The notes under the pieces are model-generated. The model did no database searches. It had not been told where the DNA came from and saw only the letters and a program-made list of their open reading frames with translations. A DNA stretch of 63,997 nt, the filler included, from an uncultured bacterium (GTDB lineage: Bacteria; Auribacterota; CAZIXI01), in assembly GCA_964543115.1 (NCBI GenBank). It is 6 parts of 6 records of this genome, joined end to end, with 100 filler letters (N's around TTAATTAATTAA, not from the genome) between each part and the next. Parts side by side here need not be neighbours in the genome. Positions count along the whole stretch, not along the records: positions 22,663 to 33,758 come from CAZIXI010000107.1; 5 more parts are not named here. One strand, given 5' to 3'. The position numbers were made by a program, and so were the translations under genes. This document shows positions 23,337 through 33,651 of the stretch, piece after piece (the stretch's first letter is position 1; each line of letters opens with the position of its first letter).

Positions 23337-25006
23337 ATGTCAGACAGGAAAAATGTTTTTCCTATTATTGTTATTGCCCTGCTGGGATTTACTGTTTATC
23401 TGAATTCCCTGGGTAACGCATTTATCTGGGATGATACCCAGTTGGTATGTAATAACGCTTATATCAGGAGCTGGGGTTTCCTGCCCCAGATCTTCAGTCA
23501 GCATCTCGGCGCCGGCGCCGGGAGCCGCTATTCTTTCTACCGTCCCCTGCAGCTAATTACCTATGTCTGGGATTATTCGCTCTGGGGGCTCAATCCCGCG
23601 GGCTATCACCTCACCAATGTCCTCTGCCATATTTTCGCTGCCCTCTGTCTTTATTGGCTGGTGCTGATTTTGTTTCGGGACACACTGTTATCTTTTCTTA
23701 CCGCGTTGCTGTTTATTGTCCATCCGGTACTAACCGAGGCTGTTACCTATATTTCCGGCCGAGCCGATCCCCTGGCCTTTATTTTTATTATGTTAACATT
23801 TATTTGTTACTTAAAATTCCTGCGCGCAAAAAAAATACGGTTTTTTTATTAATGCTTTTTTGTTATTTTCTGGCCTTGCTTTCACGGGAAAGCAGCCTGA
23901 TCCTGCCGGTGTTATTACTGCTTTATCACTTTGCCTTTAGGGAAAAAATCAGGCCCGCCGCTTTTCTGGCTATTTTGTCTGCCGCCCTGCTTTACATTGT
24001 TGCCCGCCTGACCTTACTGGCCGGTATTTTACCCGCACAAATAAATGGGCAACCGCTCTTCAGGCAGCGGTTCTGGGAAAATATCCCGGGATTTTTTGTG
24101 GCGATTGCCAGTTATTTGAGATTATTAATTTTTCCCGTTGACCTGCACATGGAATACGGTAAGCGGCTGTTTAGTCTTACCGACCCGCTGGCGGTAATTG
24201 GTCTGTTGATTACATTCTTTATGCTCGTGTATACCTTTATTAACAGACAACGGAAACGGATATTCTTTTTTGCCTGCTGCTGGTTTTTCATTGCCTTGCT
24301 GCCGGTGAGTAATCTCTACCCGCTTAATGCTTATATGGCGGAACATTGGCTCTATCTGCCTTCCCTGGGTTTTTTCCTTGCCCTGGCCGCGATACTATCT
24401 TTATTGGCAAGGAATGAGAAAACAACCAGGTTTGCCGCCGCGGCAAGTTTAATTCTGGTAGTTGGGTACTCCCTGTTGACGATTAAACAGAATGCCTACT
24501 GGCGGGAACCGGTGAGTTTTTTTAATAGAACGCTGCGTTATGCCCCGAACAGCGCGCGGATGCTGAATAATCTTGGAGTTAATTATATCCAAAGAGGGGA
24601 GTATGATCAGGCAATATCCTGTTTTAACCGGGCCCTGGAGATTAGGCCGCTTTATGAACAGGCGTATAATAATCGTGGTCTTGCCAATAATGTTCTGGGT
24701 GAATATGCTAAGGCTATTGCCGATTTTGACCGGGCGTTGGAGATTAATCCGGCCAGTTTACAGGTGTATAATAATCGCGGACTTACATTTGGTCTTATGG
24801 GAGAACACAACAAGGCTATCTGTGATTTCACCAAGGTGTTAGAGTTTTATCCAGGCTACGCCCGGGCCTATAATAACCGGGCAAGGGCCTATTTTATGAT
24901 AAAGGAGTATGCCAAGGCCCGGATGGATGTGCGGGAAGCGCAACGTTTGGGGCTTCAGGTTGACCCGGATTTTCTGAAAGATATTAGGCAATATTCCCAC
25001 AAGTAG
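23337..25006 (+). pseudogene. TMTC-like GT-C glycosyltransferase with C-terminal TPRs, split by a frameshift at an A8 tract (23828-23835)
   Basis: FIWDD, YRPL, YHLTNVLCH, HPVLTEAVTYISGRAD in ORF1; MAEHWLYLPS and TPRs in ORF2. One extra A joins the frames (RAKKNTVFLLM). Confidence 0.8.
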
Positions 25007-25161
25007 CTAGATAGTGATTTTTTTCACTTGCTTGTTACCCTTTCGCAAAACAGCAAAAAACCCCTCTTCTTTTTCGCGTTTACGCGAATATTTTCCATTG
25101 TTTAACAGGACAGCGTCCCATAAGGCCATAGCATACAGTATATTATGTTTTCTGTGGGTAC

Positions 25162-25178
25162 TTGGCACATAGTATGCA
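25162..25178 (+). promoter_or_regulatory. Sigma-54 (-24/-12) promoter upstream of first pilin
   Basis: TTGGCACATAGTATGCA, GG-N10-GC spacing exact. Confidence 0.75.
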
Positions 25179-25312
25179 CTAGAATAAATCGTCTGACAAT
25201 GAACAAGTGCTTTTTCCCAAAGTTTTTGACAACTTGTGTTTGAAGGAGGTGATGAAATCACAGTGCGGTTGGTTGTTGGAAGATCATTCTAATCTGAAAT
25301 GCGGAACGGATA

Positions 25313-25344
25313 AATTCGAAATCCGCAATCCGAAATCAGAAATT
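25313..25344 (+). repeat. Heptameric tandem repeats (aatccga-like)
   Basis: aattcga-aatccgc-aatccga-aatcaga; related units at 25815-25866. Confidence 0.65.
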
Positions 25345-25360
25345 GGAATGGAGGTGGGAT

Positions 25361-25720
25361 ATGTATAGGAAACTAAGAGAAAGAGAAGGTTTCACATTGA
25401 TCGAGATTATGATCGTGGTGGCCATCATCGGGTTATTGGTTGCTATAGCGGTACCCAACTACCTGCGGACAAGGCGTGACGCGGCCATAAACTCTTGTGG
25501 CGGTAATCTGCGGATCATGCAGGATGCGATTTACGCTTACATGACCGAGAATACCAGTAACGCTGACGCGGAATTCGGGGATGCCTGTACAGACAGTGGT
25601 CCCTGGGTGAGTGACAATTTAAGAGGCGGCGCGTTACCGAGCTGTCCGACAGGCGGGTCGTACACTGTTGGAGGTACCTATGGTGCTCCAACTACCTCCT
25701 GTTCTGTATCCACGCATTAA
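25361..25720 (+). CDS. Type IV pilin (likely major pilin)
   Basis: EG|FTLIEIMIVVAIIGLLVAIAVPNY class III signal; GGAGG RBS; sigma-54 promoter upstream. Confidence 0.93.
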   Translation: MYRKLREREGFTLIEIMIVVAIIGLLVAIAVPNYLRTRRDAAINSCGGNLRIMQDAIYAYMTENTSNADAEFGDACTDSGPWVSDNLRGGALPSCPTGGSYTVGGTYGAPTTSCSVSTH

Positions 25721-25879
25721 TATTTGTTTGGGATACTGTTAGCCACAAAGAGTCAGAAATGATTTCTTGCTGTGGGGGAAGGGGTGGTCTTTCACGATCA
25801 CCCCTTTTCTTTTCAATTTCGGATCGCGGAACGGGAAATAAAAAAAGTCCGAAATCCGAAATCGGGTAGGGTGATTATT

Positions 25880-26227
25880 ATGACTGCTGAGTCGAGAAAA
25901 AAGAGAGGTTTTACCTTACTTGAAATCATGATCGTTGTCGCCATATTGGGGCTGCTGGTGGGAATTGCTGTCCCGAATTACTTTAGATCAAGAAATAATG
26001 CTCTTATCAATGGCTGTCTGGCGAATCAACGGATTGTCCGGGATGCTATCTATTATTATATGGCAGAAGATATTGCCATGCTTCCGGAAGATGAAATCGT
26101 CGGTACGGACTGGACTTCATACTTAAGAGGCGGGGTAAGTCCCGACTGCCCGCATGCCGGCACGCAGTACAATATCAGCGGCCTGTATGAAGATCCGCAG
26201 GTTTCCTGTAATACCGCAGGGCATTAG
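25880..26227 (+). CDS. Type IV pilin paralog 2
   Basis: RG|FTLLEIMIVVAILGLLVGIAVPNY. Confidence 0.92.
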   Translation: MTAESRKKRGFTLLEIMIVVAILGLLVGIAVPNYFRSRNNALINGCLANQRIVRDAIYYYMAEDIAMLPEDEIVGTDWTSYLRGGVSPDCPHAGTQYNISGLYEDPQVSCNTAGH

Positions 26228-26293
26228 CAATAATAAAAATCACAATGGCAAATTAATTTCATTTTTATATGATTATATAGTATAATAACTAAT

Positions 26294-26638
26294 ATGAACA
26301 GAGGGAGTAAAAAGGAGGCTTTTTCCTTAATCGAGATAATCTTAGTTGTTGGATTGCTGGGAATCCTGTTGGGAATCGCTATTCCAAATTATTTGGGGAC
26401 AAGGCGGGACGCAATGCTCAATGCCTGTTTGGCAAACCAGCGGGTGGTGCGGGACGCTATTTTTGCCTATGCCAGCGAAACAATAGAGATGACCGGAGAA
26501 GAGGATATTGACAATGCCCTCTGGTATAGTTATCTCAGAGAGGAAGCTTTACCGGAATGCCCGGCTATGGGAGGGGCCTATCAGATAAGCGGGCAATATA
26601 ATAACCCTTCTGTAAGTTGCACTACAGAGGGGCATTAG
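26294..26638 (+). CDS. Type IV pilin paralog 3
   Basis: EA|FSLIEIILVVGLLGILLGIAIPNY. Confidence 0.92.
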   Translation: MNRGSKKEAFSLIEIILVVGLLGILLGIAIPNYLGTRRDAMLNACLANQRVVRDAIFAYASETIEMTGEEDIDNALWYSYLREEALPECPAMGGAYQISGQYNNPSVSCTTEGH

Positions 26639-26711
26639 GAAAAAGCTAGACTTTTTTAGTTTAAAATTACTAGCTATTCATGGTATAATAAATTGGGTAA
26701 AAGGCGGATAT

Positions 26712-27065
26712 ATGGAAAAGAAAAGAGGTTTTACACTTATTGAGTTAATGGTTGTAGTTGCTGTTTTGGGTATACTGATTGTTATTGCTGTGCCTAATTA
26801 TATAACGATGAGGGATAGTGCGAATAGGAATCTTTGTGTTCAGAACCTGCAATTATTGAAGCATGTGGTTGAGCAGTACGCGATAGAATACAATTCCTCT
26901 ACCGGTACCGCGCCTACAGATAGCATTATCTGGGGTACCAGCACTTCGTTTATTAAGGAAAAACTACAATGTCCAATGGGGGCTTCCTATTATACCGTCC
27001 CCAATGTCGGCTCTGATCCGGTTTGCCCCGAGGCAGGTAGTTATCCTGAGCATGTTCTCTCTTGA
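26712..27065 (+). CDS. Type IV pilin paralog 4
   Basis: RG|FTLIELMVVVAVLGILIVIAVPNY. Confidence 0.92.
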   Translation: MEKKRGFTLIELMVVVAVLGILIVIAVPNYITMRDSANRNLCVQNLQLLKHVVEQYAIEYNSSTGTAPTDSIIWGTSTSFIKEKLQCPMGASYYTVPNVGSDPVCPEAGSYPEHVLS

Positions 27066-27164
27066 TAATTCTACCAGAAAATATTTGCCGGCAACCTCAT
27101 ATATTTGCTATAATTAGCCTAATAAATCTGTCATTTCACGTAACTTCTGAAAATGGAGGCGCAC

Positions 27165-27554
27165 ATGTATTGTCCTTTTAAAAAAGATAATAAAGCCTTT
27201 ACCCTGGTAGAAATTATGATTGTCGTGGCTATTATCGCTTTATTAGCGGCGGTGGCTATCCCCAATTTCATTAAATCCCGCCATGAGGCGCGGCTGGCTA
27301 CCTGTATCAGTAATATGCGGGTAATTGACGGCGCTATTCAGCAATATATCCTCAAGAATGATATGGGAGAAAGTGATTATAGTTCGATTACCGCCGATCT
27401 GTTGATTTCTTCAGATTATCTTCATAAGTCTCCTACCTGTCCGGCCGGTAAGGGAACGGCATATGCGATTACCGAGAATGGGATTGATTGTCCGGCAAGC
27501 GATACTGATAATCATGGGATTTATAAGAATGGTAGTCATACGCCAGCCAGCTAG
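27165..27554 (+). CDS. Type IV pilin paralog 5
   Basis: KA|FTLVEIMIVVAIIALLAAVAIPNF; GGAGG RBS before ATG 27165. Confidence 0.92.
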   Translation: MYCPFKKDNKAFTLVEIMIVVAIIALLAAVAIPNFIKSRHEARLATCISNMRVIDGAIQQYILKNDMGESDYSSITADLLISSDYLHKSPTCPAGKGTAYAITENGIDCPASDTDNHGIYKNGSHTPAS

Positions 27555-27745
27555 CTTTTAAATAGAGAGTAAAGATTTTTTTGGTGCTACCCTTTTCCCT
27601 GCTGCTTTGTCCGATAATCAGACACTTCTACAATGTTTACACTGTTTTTTTCATGGAGGAAAGAAAATAAGCACTAGTTTTTTCTATAAATCTTTGTTTA
27701 ATATATATTTAGATAATTCAAAAAAATATTAGAATTTCCTTTATT

Positions 27746-27762
27746 TTGGCATAATTTATGCT
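27746..27762 (+). promoter_or_regulatory. Sigma-54 promoter upstream of riboswitch/minor pilin operon
   Basis: TTGGCATAATTTATGCT, GG-N10-GC. Confidence 0.7.
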
Positions 27763-27894
27763 TTAAAAGTAAGATGGATGACTATGTTCATTGCTAAAAA
27801 ATGTAAAACTGTGAAAGTTAATCAATAGTTCTTTCTGATTTGTGTCGCAAATTGAAAAAGCCCGAACTAGGGTTGTCTCCCATTTGTATATTGG

Positions 27895-27990
27895 GTGACA
27901 GGCAAACCTTCCGAAAGGATGTGGGCGCAAAGCTAAAGGGCCTAAATTCCCTGCAATGATGTTGGGGGATATGGTAGCCAGTTGCCAATT
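27895..27990 (+). ncRNA. Cyclic di-GMP-I (GEMM) riboswitch
   Basis: GGCAAACC-ttcc-GAAA-ggat..GCGCAAAGCTAAAGGGCCTAAA...ATGGTAGCCAGTTGCC matches the GEMM-I consensus. Confidence 0.9.
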
Positions 27991-28058
27991 GCACGCAGAT
28001 TTACGTGGAGTTAACGTGATTTGCGCGGATTTTTTACAGGATTGGTGTAGCTATTTGC

Positions 28059-28098
28059 AATAAGCCTATTTCTTTTGGAGGGATAGGCTTATTTTTTT
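28059..28098 (+). terminator. Intrinsic terminator (riboswitch expression platform)
   Basis: aataagcctat / ataggcttatt stem followed by a T run, between the aptamer and the first ORF. Confidence 0.8.
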
Positions 28099-28133
28099 TG
28101 GGGGCCCCAAGCGGAGCTTGGGGAAATAATGAG

Positions 28134-28634
28134 ATGAAAAAGTCGAAAGGGATAACATTAATAGAGATTGTGATTGCCGTGGCGATCGTCGGGATAGTTC
28201 TAAGTGCTTTGTTAACCGGCATGAATTTTGCCGGAGGATATGCCCGCCATACCGCTAGCAGGACAATGGCCTTGAACTTCAGCCAGGGCCTGTTGGAGAG
28301 GATAAAGGATAAGGACTATGAAGACCCGGAAGATCCTGCTGATCACACCGGCAGCTGTACTAACTATCTTGGAACGGAGAATAACGATAGCGGACTGGAC
28401 GATGTAGATGACTATAATGGTTATACAGATACAGTTAATTTGTATCAAAGAGACGGGGTTTATATTCAAGCCGCCAGGGAGGTAGATATCAGGGATCAAA
28501 ACGAAAGTAGTGTTTTGGACGCTACGGAGTATGCGAATATTACCTATAAGCAGGTTACCGTGACTGTCACCTGGGATTGGCAGGATAATTCCTATACGGA
28601 AGAGGTTAACACAATAATCAGCCAACATAATTAA
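28134..28634 (+). CDS. Minor pilin, PilV/MshD-like (cassette 1)
   Basis: KG|ITLIEIVIAVAIVG prepilin motif. Confidence 0.85.
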   Translation: MKKSKGITLIEIVIAVAIVGIVLSALLTGMNFAGGYARHTASRTMALNFSQGLLERIKDKDYEDPEDPADHTGSCTNYLGTENNDSGLDDVDDYNGYTDTVNLYQRDGVYIQAAREVDIRDQNESSVLDATEYANITYKQVTVTVTWDWQDNSYTEEVNTIISQHN

Positions 28635-28655
28635 ATGTTAAAGCAGGGGATTATT

Positions 28656-29117
28656 ATGAGAAGTAATATTAAAGGAGTGACATTGATCGAGTTGATTATC
28701 ACGGTATCAATTTTGGCTATAACTATTGGTGCTATCACGGGTACTTTTCTAACGATCCAATACCAGTTTAATAATAGTCTGGCCCTGGTAAAATCTCAGG
28801 CTACGGGTAGAGTTGTTATTGAGAAGCTGGTGCGGGTATTGAGGCATGGGCAGGCTTTTTCTGTTTCTCAGGGTGGGGCTGCGATAGAGGTGACAAAAGA
28901 TGATGGTTCTGTCGAGACCTTTATATTCGCGGATAATGAAATAACGCAGAATGGTAATAGCATTGGGGAAAATATATATGAGATTCCGGGTGAAGATGTT
29001 TTCCAGGATTTAACCGCGGATGAGTTAGTGGGGGTAAGGTTTGCCGTCATCAATCAGGGAGTGTTTAACCAGGATAGGAGAATACATATTTCCACTGAGA
29101 TGAAACTGCGGAATTGA
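28656..29117 (+). CDS. Minor pilin, PilW-like (cassette 1)
   Basis: KG|VTLIELIITVSILA prepilin motif. Confidence 0.85.
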   Translation: MRSNIKGVTLIELIITVSILAITIGAITGTFLTIQYQFNNSLALVKSQATGRVVIEKLVRVLRHGQAFSVSQGGAAIEVTKDDGSVETFIFADNEITQNGNSIGENIYEIPGEDVFQDLTADELVGVRFAVINQGVFNQDRRIHISTEMKLRN

Positions 29118-29131
29118 GACGGGGTATTTTT

Positions 29132-30511
29132 ATGAAACGTAAAAATTTAATATTCAGCCGAAAAGGGTTGAGATCTGCTGGGTCTCGGGGAACGGCAATT
29201 ATTGTTGCCTTGATCCTGGTAATTATCGGGACCATGACGGTGGGGGGGTATATTTCCTATGTGACCAGGGAAAGCCGGGCGACGAAAAAGCTTAATGATT
29301 CTATTAAGGCCTTATACATTGCCGAAGCCGGGTTGGAGAGGGCAATTGGTGATTTGTTGGCCGACTGCAGCTGGTTTGATGGCGATATCAACGGTAACGC
29401 GGCTGCGGGGATAAATACTGATACATACGTTCCGATTGATTATGCTCCTTTGGGATCAGGGTATGCTGTCTCATTTTCTGACGGTGATTATCTGGTGCAG
29501 ATAAAAAAAGTAAACAACTCGAAGGTAATTTTAAAATCGACTGGTACTTTAAGAGAAGAAACACGCAGGATAGAGGAAGAGGTCTTTACGCCAGGACTCT
29601 TTGGCGAGGGCGTTATCGGCGATGAAGGCGTTCATCTGGATTCCAACGCGCTGATTGATAGTTATAATTCTTTGGCCGGGACCTATGAGTCGCAAGAACC
29701 GGGCACAAACGGGAACACCTTAACAAATGCCATAGGCGCGGGGGTTATTTCTCTCGACAGCAATGCCAAGATCTACGGTGATGCTATTGTCGGTCCCGGC
29801 GGCAATCCGGATACTGATATCACTTTAGAAAGTAACTCGGAAATAACCGGGGCCAAGTTAGCTGCTCCCAATCCCACGGAATTACCGCAGGTCACAGCGC
29901 CGGCAGATATTCCGAGTGTCGCTCAGGGACACATAGAATTAGGTGGTAATGATAGCGATACTATTGGCGGAGATGCGGCCAGCGGCCAGTATGAATATAT
30001 CGAATTGGACAGTAATTCTTCTTTAACAATAAATGACGATGTCCAGCTGCAGGTTAATGGTGATTTCTCATTAAACAGTAATAGCGAGATAGAAATTAGC
30101 GACAATGTGCAGGTAGTTCTTTATGTTACCGGCGCATTTTCCCTAAACAGTAATTCCAAGATAGATCTCGGCGACAACGCCACTATCACTATTTACGTTG
30201 ACGGGGCCTTTAGCATGGACAGTAATACGAGTATTAATGAACTCGGTAAGGCCACAACGGCGGCAACTCTGTACGGTACTGACAGCTTAACCGATGTTAC
30301 GTTTAAGTCTAACAGTGGTTTTTACGGCGCTATCTATACCAGAAATGCGGATTTTGAAATGGATAGTAATGCCTCTCTCTACGGGACTCTGATTGCCAAG
30401 TCGATTACTATGAAATCCAACGCCCAGATCCACTTTGATGAGGCGCTGGCCGGTACCGGGCCTGCCGGCGGTTCCCTGCAGGTGGAGGCCTGGGAAGAAG
30501 TGTATGAGTAA
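29132..30511 (+). CDS. PilX-like minor pilin with C-terminal beta-helix repeat domain (cassette 1)
   Basis: RG|TAIIVALILVII (no Glu5), KALYIAEAGLERAI PilX-type motif, repeated L(D/N)SN(A/S) units. Confidence 0.82.
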   Translation: MKRKNLIFSRKGLRSAGSRGTAIIVALILVIIGTMTVGGYISYVTRESRATKKLNDSIKALYIAEAGLERAIGDLLADCSWFDGDINGNAAAGINTDTYVPIDYAPLGSGYAVSFSDGDYLVQIKKVNNSKVILKSTGTLREETRRIEEEVFTPGLFGEGVIGDEGVHLDSNALIDSYNSLAGTYESQEPGTNGNTLTNAIGAGVISLDSNAKIYGDAIVGPGGNPDTDITLESNSEITGAKLAAPNPTELPQVTAPADIPSVAQGHIELGGNDSDTIGGDAASGQYEYIELDSNSSLTINDDVQLQVNGDFSLNSNSEIEISDNVQVVLYVTGAFSLNSNSKIDLGDNATITIYVDGAFSMDSNTSINELGKATTAATLYGTDSLTDVTFKSNSGFYGAIYTRNADFEMDSNASLYGTLIAKSITMKSNAQIHFDEALAGTGPAGGSLQVEAWEEVYE

Positions 30512-30622
30512 GCGGAAGATGACTTGACTTTTGCTAGTATTGCTTAGAAATTATATATGATATAATAAAGGTGGGAGGGTAGAAATAAAACTATATCTAG
30601 AGAATCTGTCAAGGGAGATTGT

Positions 30623-31009
30623 ATGAAAAAGAAGGGATTTACCCTAATAGAATTAATCATTGTAGTTATGATTATCGGGTTTTTGACTGGTTATGCAGTT
30701 TATAATTTTGGGCGTTCGAGAGAAGGCGTTTATCGGGACATGTGTATTAATAACCTCCGGCAGATAAAGTTGGCCAAGTCCCAGTATGCGTTGGAGAATA
30801 ATAAGTATGAGGGAAGCTCTTGCAGCGCCGCGGATATTGATTCCTATCTTGAGGATGATGTCTGGAGTGAATCCGGCGGAAGTTACACCAGCGGTCATAA
30901 GCTGGTTTGTCCTGATGATGCCGCCGAGGCGATCAATAGTAGTTATAATATTAATAATCTGGGTACTGACCCGACTTGTAAAATCGATTCAGGAGAACAC
31001 CATTTATGA
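30623..31009 (+). CDS. Type IV pilin paralog 6
   Basis: KG|FTLIELIIVVMIIG with the same C..CP..C..H pattern as the other pilins. Confidence 0.9.
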   Translation: MKKKGFTLIELIIVVMIIGFLTGYAVYNFGRSREGVYRDMCINNLRQIKLAKSQYALENNKYEGSSCSAADIDSYLEDDVWSESGGSYTSGHKLVCPDDAAEAINSSYNINNLGTDPTCKIDSGEHHL

Positions 31010-31413
31010 AAAGAAATAAAGGAGTAACTCTTACTGAATGCCTTGTGGCTACCGCATTTATGATGCTGGCCTTGGGCGGGATGCTGGCCCTATTCGTCCA
31101 GAACAGCAGGGCGGGAAAAATCGTGGACTATTCCTATGTGGCGACAAATCTGGCAAAAAACAGGGTGGAAAGAATAAGAGAAGTGCGGCGGGAGCAGGGG
31201 CTGGCCGTTCTTTCTTCACTTGCCGAAACGGATGTGCTTATCGATAGAAACGGGGTTGCGGACACCAACGGTGATTTCAAGCGGACGACGCTTATCGATA
31301 CTGGTTACGGCACGAATCTTGTTAAGGTTACCGTGCAGGTGAATTATAAGATTCGCGGCAGCTGGAATTCCCTGCCGGTGGAATTGGTGACAGTAGTCTG
31401 TCCATATCTATAA
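31006..31413 (+). CDS. Minor pilin, PilV-like (cassette 2)
   Basis: KG|VTLTECLVATAFMM. Confidence 0.83.
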   Translation: MKRNKGVTLTECLVATAFMMLALGGMLALFVQNSRAGKIVDYSYVATNLAKNRVERIREVRREQGLAVLSSLAETDVLIDRNGVADTNGDFKRTTLIDTGYGTNLVKVTVQVNYKIRGSWNSLPVELVTVVCPYL

Positions 31414-33594
31414 TGAAAAAGAAAAAGGGATTTACCATAGTTGAGGTGCTGATTTCCTCCGCGCTTGCCCTGTTGATTATGGGGGCGGCCCTGGCCATCT
31501 GGCTTTTTATCCAGGGCATCTGGCATACGGAACGGGTGAAGAGCGAACTATTGGGGAATATCCAGCTAGCGATGGAGAGGATAAAACAGGAGGTGATGTT
31601 TAGCGACGGTAATCAGGTGCTTACCGCTACCGCCGGCCTTAGTTTTCCCCGGGCCTTTGACAGTGATAGTGATGGTTTTATTGAGTTGGATGCCTCTAAT
31701 AATGTTATCTGGGATGAAACATTTGTTTATCATACTTATGATAATAACGGCAGTTTAGAATTGCGTAAAACTGTCTTTCAGCCCCGGAATGGTTCTCTGA
31801 CTCTGGCTCAGCGGGAGGCACAATTAGCGGCAGTGATTACTAATGGGACCGGCGCTGGGGCCGAGGCCGCGGGTGAGATAGCCACTACTTATACGATTAT
31901 TTCGGGGCTCAAGGCTNNNNNNNNNNATTTCACCGCAGGTACTGGAGTTTGACGGGTACGCGGCCAGTGTGGAGAGAAGCAATAATGTAAGTTTTGGCAG
32001 TATTGTCCTAGCTCCCGGTTACCATACAATTACTTTTAAGGTCACCGATGATAATGATGGCGCGGAAGCTTTCGGCATAGATTCTTTTTCGGTTACACCG
32101 AGCGGTTCTACCCGGGAGGCGGAGGATTATATTTCCCTGACTCATTTGGATGGTTCAGCCGGTGTTTCCGCTTCTTCCGGGGATACGATAACAAAAGAAG
32201 ATATGATTGCCGACGGTGTCTGGGGGGGGAATTACCAGCTGGATTATAATGCCGACGCCATTGATGATTATATTACACTACGTTTTTATTATGATCTTTG
32301 GCGGGAAACTAACTTTAATCAGGGTTCACTTGACAGCCTGGAGGTAAAGTTCAGTAATGAAAATGGCGCCGGCGGCGCCTCCGGTGATGATGATTATGTG
32401 CTTTGTTTGGAGGGCAATGAAACAGAGGAAACACAAGGGACCAAACTCTCGCAGGATATTACGCCGGGAACGGGAGATGATACCACTTATCGGGTGGTTG
32501 TTACTGTGCCCAGTAACGGGATGTTGTGCAGTATTAAATTCAGCGCCGGTACCAGCGCGCCCTTAACCATCGAAGAGGCCTATATTTCAGAAAGAGAAAG
32601 CGGCCAGGATGGCGGCACCTGTTATCCGGTTACCTTTAGTAATTGTCAGCTTGATCCGCGGAATGCGGCTCAAGGGGTGACGGAGCATAATGAGGTAGCG
32701 GGAGTTAGTTATGGAATTACTATTCCGGCAACTAAATTTGGCTGGTCTAATTCGATCAGTATCGATGATTCCGGGACAACGGAAGCGGAATTTTTTGAGG
32801 GGGATAAAGAATATTTTCTCACTTTTTATTTAGCGGGTTTGGGCGCCGGCGAGTCCATGAGTATTGCCTACTGGGCCAGTGGCAGTACACGTTCCTATAC
32901 CAGGAGCGGTGATTGGGCGGGTACGGATTTAGTGGAAGAAGACTGGGGAGCAGCGGGGACAGAGGATACTGATCTCTACACAGTTGAGGAAGTGGGTGTC
33001 AGTTATATGAATGAGGGTACCTATACCTCACAGATTTATGATACGAGCATGGATGACCCCCAGTTTGATAAAATTGTCTGGAACATCAAAAGAGATAATG
33101 CCCCGGACGCTAATGTGGTTTTGCGGGTGCGCAGCAATGACAGCAGTGACGCCCTGGCCAATGATAGTGATTGGTCTGATGAATTTAGCGTAAATACGAA
33201 TTCGCTAACCAATGGGAACAGTAGTATAAGTTCTATTGCCGGCGGCCGTTACGTGCAGTTTCAGGCGGCGCTTTACTCTTATGAGAGCGGGGAAGATGTT
33301 GCTCAACAGACAAATGATACGGATGACGATTATGATGATGATGAAGATTATGATCTGAGTTGTATTTTAGAGGATATAACCATTACCTGGCCCGGCCAGC
33401 AGCGGAGTGTGGATGTGAGCGGCTATTATACGTTGAAACCAACGTACGGTAAATTTACCGTTAAAGTTGACGGCCAGGATTTGAATAAGGGGTTGGAGAC
33501 CAAACTCACCGCTACCAGGGGTTCATATGCCGGCCGGGGGGATCTCAGTTGTTCATTGCAGACGGAGATGGAGTTGAGGAATACGGGGAAATAA
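31413..33594 (+). CDS. Large PilW-like pilin (about 720 aa) with acidic beta-rich C-terminal domains; spans an internal N gap at 31917-31927
   Basis: KG|FTIVEVLISSALA. The downstream ORF (31969-33594) is open back to the gap (SPQVLEFDGYAASVERS), so the two track ORFs are treated as one gene. Confidence 0.75.
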
Positions 33595-33651
33595 GAACCG
33601 TTGACCAAAGACCAAAATTTCCCGCAGGGAAATTTTGGCAAGAGGATATTT

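Noticed and set aside
27895..27990. cGAMP-sensing GEMM-Ib variant
   Set aside because: The discriminating position is G, not A.
28105..28123. Fifth copy of the mini element (ccccaagcggagcttgggg)
   Set aside because: Only the hairpin is present, with no conserved tail on either side, so it was not counted.
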